Shown piece after piece: positions 59,914 through 64,000 of a stretch of 64,000 bases of DNA; position 1 is the stretch's first letter; each line of letters opens with the position of its first letter. The position numbers were made by a program, and so were the translations under genes. The notes under the pieces are model-generated. The model worked only from the letters and a program-made list of their open reading frames with translations. It was not told where the DNA came from and made no database searches. Source of the stretch: Fibrobacterales bacterium (lineage in GTDB: Bacteria > Fibrobacterota > Fibrobacteria > Fibrobacterales > JAOPTW01); contig JAOPTX010000042.1 in assembly GCA_051532055.1 (NCBI GenBank), positions 85,730-149,729 of the forward strand, given 5' to 3'.

Positions 59914-61395
59914 TCACATATCTCTCACTAATCGCACATAATTATATATTCGAATAACATCACCTTGAGGACCATGTCCTTCTGGCCAATCAGCAGGATC
60001 ACCAGTTTTTGGGTCACTTCTCTGGGCGCCAGCACCATGAACATCAAGTAAACTTGTGGTGCCTGTGGCAGGTGATTCGAAAAATCCCAGCGCTTCACCA
60101 AATGAAAAGTAGACTGCATTATCACTACTCATCATATTTTGGTGTGTTGTCGATGACCAATAGAAGGGGTAATTCGTTTCACTTCCTTCGTCTATAATTT
60201 CTGAAACCTGAAAAAGAGTATCTATAGCAGCACTATTGGTCTCTTGAGGGGAGCGAGTATAATCAACAATACTGTGTAGCTCTTTTGCATTTGGAAGACG
60301 CCAATCACTCTGCCCAAGATAGTCTTCACTATTTTTCTGTTCCGCATACTCTAATGCTTCTTCCCAGTACATACCTGACTCACTGTCAGCTTGTTGCCAC
60401 ATTAACCCTGTAGCGTTGTCACTTATAGTGCCATCTGCATTATCAGTAAATGCATTAACGCCATATTTTGTATTTTCCCGAACAAACCGTACGGTAAACT
60501 CATTATCTTGCCCCTGCCGCAACAAAGGGTACCCTTTGATTCTACCATCTGCTACATTTACTCCAAATACTGTTTCATCCCGCCCCATAGTCACTCCAGT
60601 ATAGATCGTTGAAGTGAGCATCTGAGTGTCAATAATTCGAGTACCATTGGCGCCATAAGCAAAATCAAAATAGGATGAATCGATAAAGGGAACCGCACCG
60701 ACTGGAACCGTAGTGTCATCTGGCCCACTCACATCTTTACCACTAAACAGCATGAGTGAATACGCTTCTTTTATAGTGGGAACACGCCAATCATTATGAC
60801 CACCTAAATCAAGAGACAAAGCAGTTGCTATTGCATCATTGTATGACATGACCGTAAACTCTTGTTGCCACATGAGGCCCGTAACATTGTCAGTAATCGT
60901 ACCATCACCATTATCGGTATAAGATGGTTGATGTCCAATATGCTGTGCGTCCTGACCATAAAAAGCCTCTTTAGTCGACGGCTCGTCAATGGCACTTCTA
61001 TTATCAAAAAAGGTGTTTAGCCCAGTGTCGACTATTTTATAAGTTCTCCTTACTTCAAGTTCAGATTCGATATTTGTTTCGGATGATTCTCTATTCGATG
61101 AAGAAACTAGTTCTACCACCATCTCAGAAGAGATAGTTTCATCTGCGTTAATAGAACTAACTCCATCACTCGAAGATGAGTTTTCTACTTCTGAAGCTTC
61201 TGAGGAGGTTTGTGACATCTCTGCAGAACTAACCTCAAGTGCAGAGCTTCTATCACCTTGTAAAGTGAAGTTACCCGAATCCTGACCTTGACTTGATTCC
61301 CCTTGACTCGACTGTGTCTCAATGTTCTGAGTAGAATCAAACATGCAGTTTACAACCAATGACAATATTCCAAGTACCATTAATACATTTTTCAT
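59914..61395 (-). CDS. Lipoprotein with two DUF1566 (Lcl C-terminal) domains
   Basis: Two copies of 'DN.DGTI.DN.TGLMWQQ...DWR.P..KE'; ends 'YVRLVR'. Confidence 0.9.
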   Translation of the reverse strand: MKNVLMVLGILSLVVNCMFDSTQNIETQSSQGESSQGQDSGNFTLQGDRSSALEVSSAEMSQTSSEASEVENSSSSDGVSSINADETISSEMVVELVSSSNRESSETNIESELEVRRTYKIVDTGLNTFFDNRSAIDEPSTKEAFYGQDAQHIGHQPSYTDNGDGTITDNVTGLMWQQEFTVMSYNDAIATALSLDLGGHNDWRVPTIKEAYSLMLFSGKDVSGPDDTTVPVGAVPFIDSSYFDFAYGANGTRIIDTQMLTSTIYTGVTMGRDETVFGVNVADGRIKGYPLLRQGQDNEFTVRFVRENTKYGVNAFTDNADGTISDNATGLMWQQADSESGMYWEEALEYAEQKNSEDYLGQSDWRLPNAKELHSIVDYTRSPQETNSAAIDTLFQVSEIIDEGSETNYPFYWSSTTHQNMMSSDNAVYFSFGEALGFFESPATGTTSLLDVHGAGAQRSDPKTGDPADWPEGHGPQGDVIRIYNYVRLVRDM

Positions 61396-61593
61396 AGATA
61401 TATCCTTTTTATAGCCATCATTACGATGGTCACACCCTCGTGTCTATAGAGATAAGATAGATTTATAAACCTCATTATGATTGAGTCAGATTCTTAATCC
61501 GCTCTCTTTAAGGGAGCACAATGGTATTATTGGATTTACCGGGTGAGTAATTCACTCATTTGTGACAATGATAATGTAAGAGCTAAATTAGAA

Positions 61594-61623
61594 AGAGCAT
61601 TTTTCAATTAAGAAAAATGCTCT
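61594..61623. terminator. Hairpin terminator candidate
   Basis: AGAGCATTTTTC-aattaa-GAAAAATGCTCT downstream of the 61652 gene end. Confidence 0.7.
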
Positions 61624-61651
61624 ACTGAAAAGTAGCTCAGTGTATTTTAAT

Positions 61652-62410
61652 TTATGGTTTGTACGTCAAAACGTAAATCCATCTACCGCCCGCATCTTTA
61701 TTCAAATCACCAGAAGTAACAGTCCAAATAGTATTCCCATATTTACTCCCTGTTGCATATGAATTATCAGAACTTAAGATTGCGATACCTTTATAGGGGG
61801 TAGAACCTTGCTTATGTGAAATAGTGACATAAGCACCGTTATTTTTTTTGTTGAGATCATAGGCATAATCATTACCATAAGTAGCATTCCCTCCAATAAT
61901 ACCATTTCGAGTCCAGCTACTATTACTCCATGAGGTTGCATTAGCAGAATGTTTTGTTAACAGAGAACTATTAGGGCTGCTTTCATAGAGTATCTCACTT
62001 ATTCCGTTACCACATACTACATCATATACACACATGTATATATAGTCTCCTGGAGAGCCTTCATTTAAATCTCTATCTAATTTTGTATAGCCAGAGGGAC
62101 ACGCTTCATCTTTATTTGGTCCAACAAACCAAATGTTTTTCACTGACTCTCCAGTTGAGGCAGGATCTATAGTGTTTTCTCTTTTTAAAATATGAGTTCC
62201 CGTTATAATGCCACTCGTTGTATAAATTGTGTCGTTCGCAGATCCTTCACCTTTCTCATATACCGGCTTATTATTGAGAATACTATTTTCTTTGTCACTG
62301 ATACTGTCCATTTTATTATCTGATGTATTATTTGAAACCACATCATAGGTTGAACAACCCATTACTGAAGCCAAGACTATTGAGATAGTTGCTAAACTTT
62401 TTAAGTTCAT
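61652..62410 (-). CDS. Lipoprotein with MABP-like (beta-prism) threefold repeat
   Basis: 'VMGC' lipobox; 'DLNEGSPGDYIYM', 'DLNKKNNGAYVTI', 'DLNKDAGGRWIYV'; 'CPSGYTKL'. Confidence 0.65.
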   Translation of the reverse strand: MNLKSLATISIVLASVMGCSTYDVVSNNTSDNKMDSISDKENSILNNKPVYEKGEGSANDTIYTTSGIITGTHILKRENTIDPASTGESVKNIWFVGPNKDEACPSGYTKLDRDLNEGSPGDYIYMCVYDVVCGNGISEILYESSPNSSLLTKHSANATSWSNSSWTRNGIIGGNATYGNDYAYDLNKKNNGAYVTISHKQGSTPYKGIAILSSDNSYATGSKYGNTIWTVTSGDLNKDAGGRWIYVLTYKP

Positions 62411-62821
62411 ATTTTTCCTTACTGTTGTATGTTAATTAAATACCTCTCTATTGAGGTCACAGTAAAATTGCTTTATTCAATACCTAAATAAACAAACTTG
62501 AAAGCTTTTGTGTTCCAAAGTGTTTTTTGACAGTAAACACTTCTTGATGCATTATCAAAATGCTTAAATACATTACACTTTTCTCTATTCAATTCTTGTA
62601 CGATTCCACCACTAAGATGCGAAACATAGCGTATACTAAACATCGTTAACAATGGAGTACACCTTGAGCTAATATAGGAGAGAAGTCTTTGCTCGTTGAG
62701 GGAAACACATATGTAAAAATCAATAGTCGTAATAACATTTCCAGAGAAGTGTTCTAATATAAACCTAATTTTATTGGATTACTTTCGACAATAAGAACAG
62801 AAGTATAACTGCACTTTTGCG

Positions 62822-63997
62822 TTATTCATGAGTCACCCAAAAATCCCATACTTTTACTTCTCCATAATTTTCGGGATCACCACTCGAGTCACCTTCTTTT
62901 GATGAGTTACTCTGCGTATAATTTCCCACTTTAAAATAGGTCTCATCGTATGATAAATCCATTACATAATCCGTATCATCACTTTTAATAAGATATGATT
63001 CCGCAACTCCATCATCATACAATTTATTGAGCTTTCCATCTTCACTGTAATATACGTAATGCTTTCCATCGACTACCTTAAAAATAACTTCGTGGATAGT
63101 CCCGAGTGCATAGTCATTCTTAATAGTCAGGTCTTCCTGTAAATCGCCTCCATTAAAGCTCAAGAAAAGGTGTGTCCCTTCAAGCCTCAGGACCATTGCA
63201 TCGTCTATTCCTTCGGTTTTATTTCCATGTATTTGTGTCGCAACGAGATGGTCTTTGACTATGGGTAAGTGTGTTATAGCTTGTTTTACGTATATAACAT
63301 GTGTCCCATCAGTAGTCCAATACACATCTTCCTTGCCGTCATCTGTTCGCTCTCTCAGTTCTGAGCGAATATAGGGGGAGTTTGGTGTTGAATTGTTGTC
63401 ATCCTTAATAGGGGAGTAGAAAACAATGGCATCACCATCAACATAATAGTACTCGTTTTTTACATCTTTTAGATCCTTAATTTCCGATCCATCAGGGAAG
63501 GTAATTTTCCATTGTTCAAAATTTCTCATTAATGTTGCGGGGCTCGCTCCTGATTCCCAATCACCTGAACCGATAGCAGTCATTAAGACACCATTACTCG
63601 AAGAGCGACTGGCATCAGAAGAATCCATACTGCTTTGAATATCGGTATCACTCGATGGCACATCATCATTTGATAAGTCACCTTCTATTGGCATCTTTGA
63701 ATTACTCGAAAGCATGCCACCGCTTGAGGTAGAGAGGCCACTCGATTCATTTTTTTTACTCGACGATTCAGTATTAATCCTTTCAAATGAACTACTGGAA
63801 TTATCATCCTCACGAGAAGATTCTGCAGTATTATCTTCAAAATACTTTATATCAGAACTAAGGATTATTGCTGAATTACTCGAATTTCCATCGGAACTTG
63901 CTATATCGCTTCGGGTAGTCGTATCTCCACATCCAACAATTATTGTCGCTACACCTATAAAACCAAGACATTTCTTAGTTAAGTTACTCTTTCGCAC
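62822..63997 (-). CDS. Polysaccharide lyase family 7 (alginate lyase) lipoprotein
   Basis: 'IIVGC' lipobox, Ser-rich linker, PL7 motifs 'RSELRE', 'QIH', 'YFKVGNYTQ'. Confidence 0.9.
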   Translation of the reverse strand: MRKSNLTKKCLGFIGVATIIVGCGDTTTRSDIASSDGNSSNSAIILSSDIKYFEDNTAESSREDDNSSSSFERINTESSSKKNESSGLSTSSGGMLSSNSKMPIEGDLSNDDVPSSDTDIQSSMDSSDASRSSSNGVLMTAIGSGDWESGASPATLMRNFEQWKITFPDGSEIKDLKDVKNEYYYVDGDAIVFYSPIKDDNNSTPNSPYIRSELRERTDDGKEDVYWTTDGTHVIYVKQAITHLPIVKDHLVATQIHGNKTEGIDDAMVLRLEGTHLFLSFNGGDLQEDLTIKNDYALGTIHEVIFKVVDGKHYVYYSEDGKLNKLYDDGVAESYLIKSDDTDYVMDLSYDETYFKVGNYTQSNSSKEGDSSGDPENYGEVKVWDFWVTHE

Positions 63998-64000
63998 CTA

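Noticed and set aside
62544..62558. FNR-like box TTGAT-GCATT-ATCAA
   Set aside because: Spacer is 5 nt rather than the canonical 4; single occurrence

Overview
AT-rich bacterial chromosomal segment, most likely from a Fibrobacterota member. This is inferred from a TIGR02147-family gene, many lipoproteins with Ser-rich linkers and T9SS-type C-terminal domains; the PL7 alginate lyase hints at a marine habitat. No rRNA, tRNA, CRISPR array or mobile element was recognised. Housekeeping genes (nfeD + two SPFH, tatD, greB, hslO, thrH, gmk, yaaA, kamA-like) are mixed with many secreted and lipoprotein genes. The centrepiece is a ~20 kb co-oriented, tightly coupled cluster (25915-45845). It holds three paralogous secreted Fn3/Ig-repeat proteins (2252, 550, 2198 aa), each with a ZU5/GAIN-like 'NHFS' putative autoproteolysis motif just before a FlgD/T9SS-type CTD. 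These are followed by a PorV-like barrel fused to TPRs, a TPR-TM-HEAT protein and a DnaJ with an extra STAS-like domain, which together suggest an adhesin-linked trans-envelope system. Other points of note: an Rh50-type ammonium channel, a probable ATC start for the kamA-like gene, a leader-peptide attenuator before an EamA transporter, a palindrome/small-peptide/TIGR02147 module, a secreted protein with four copies of an unrecognised Cys-containing domain, and a perfect (AGT)20 coding microsatellite. All family assignments come from motif recognition by eye; no searches were run.
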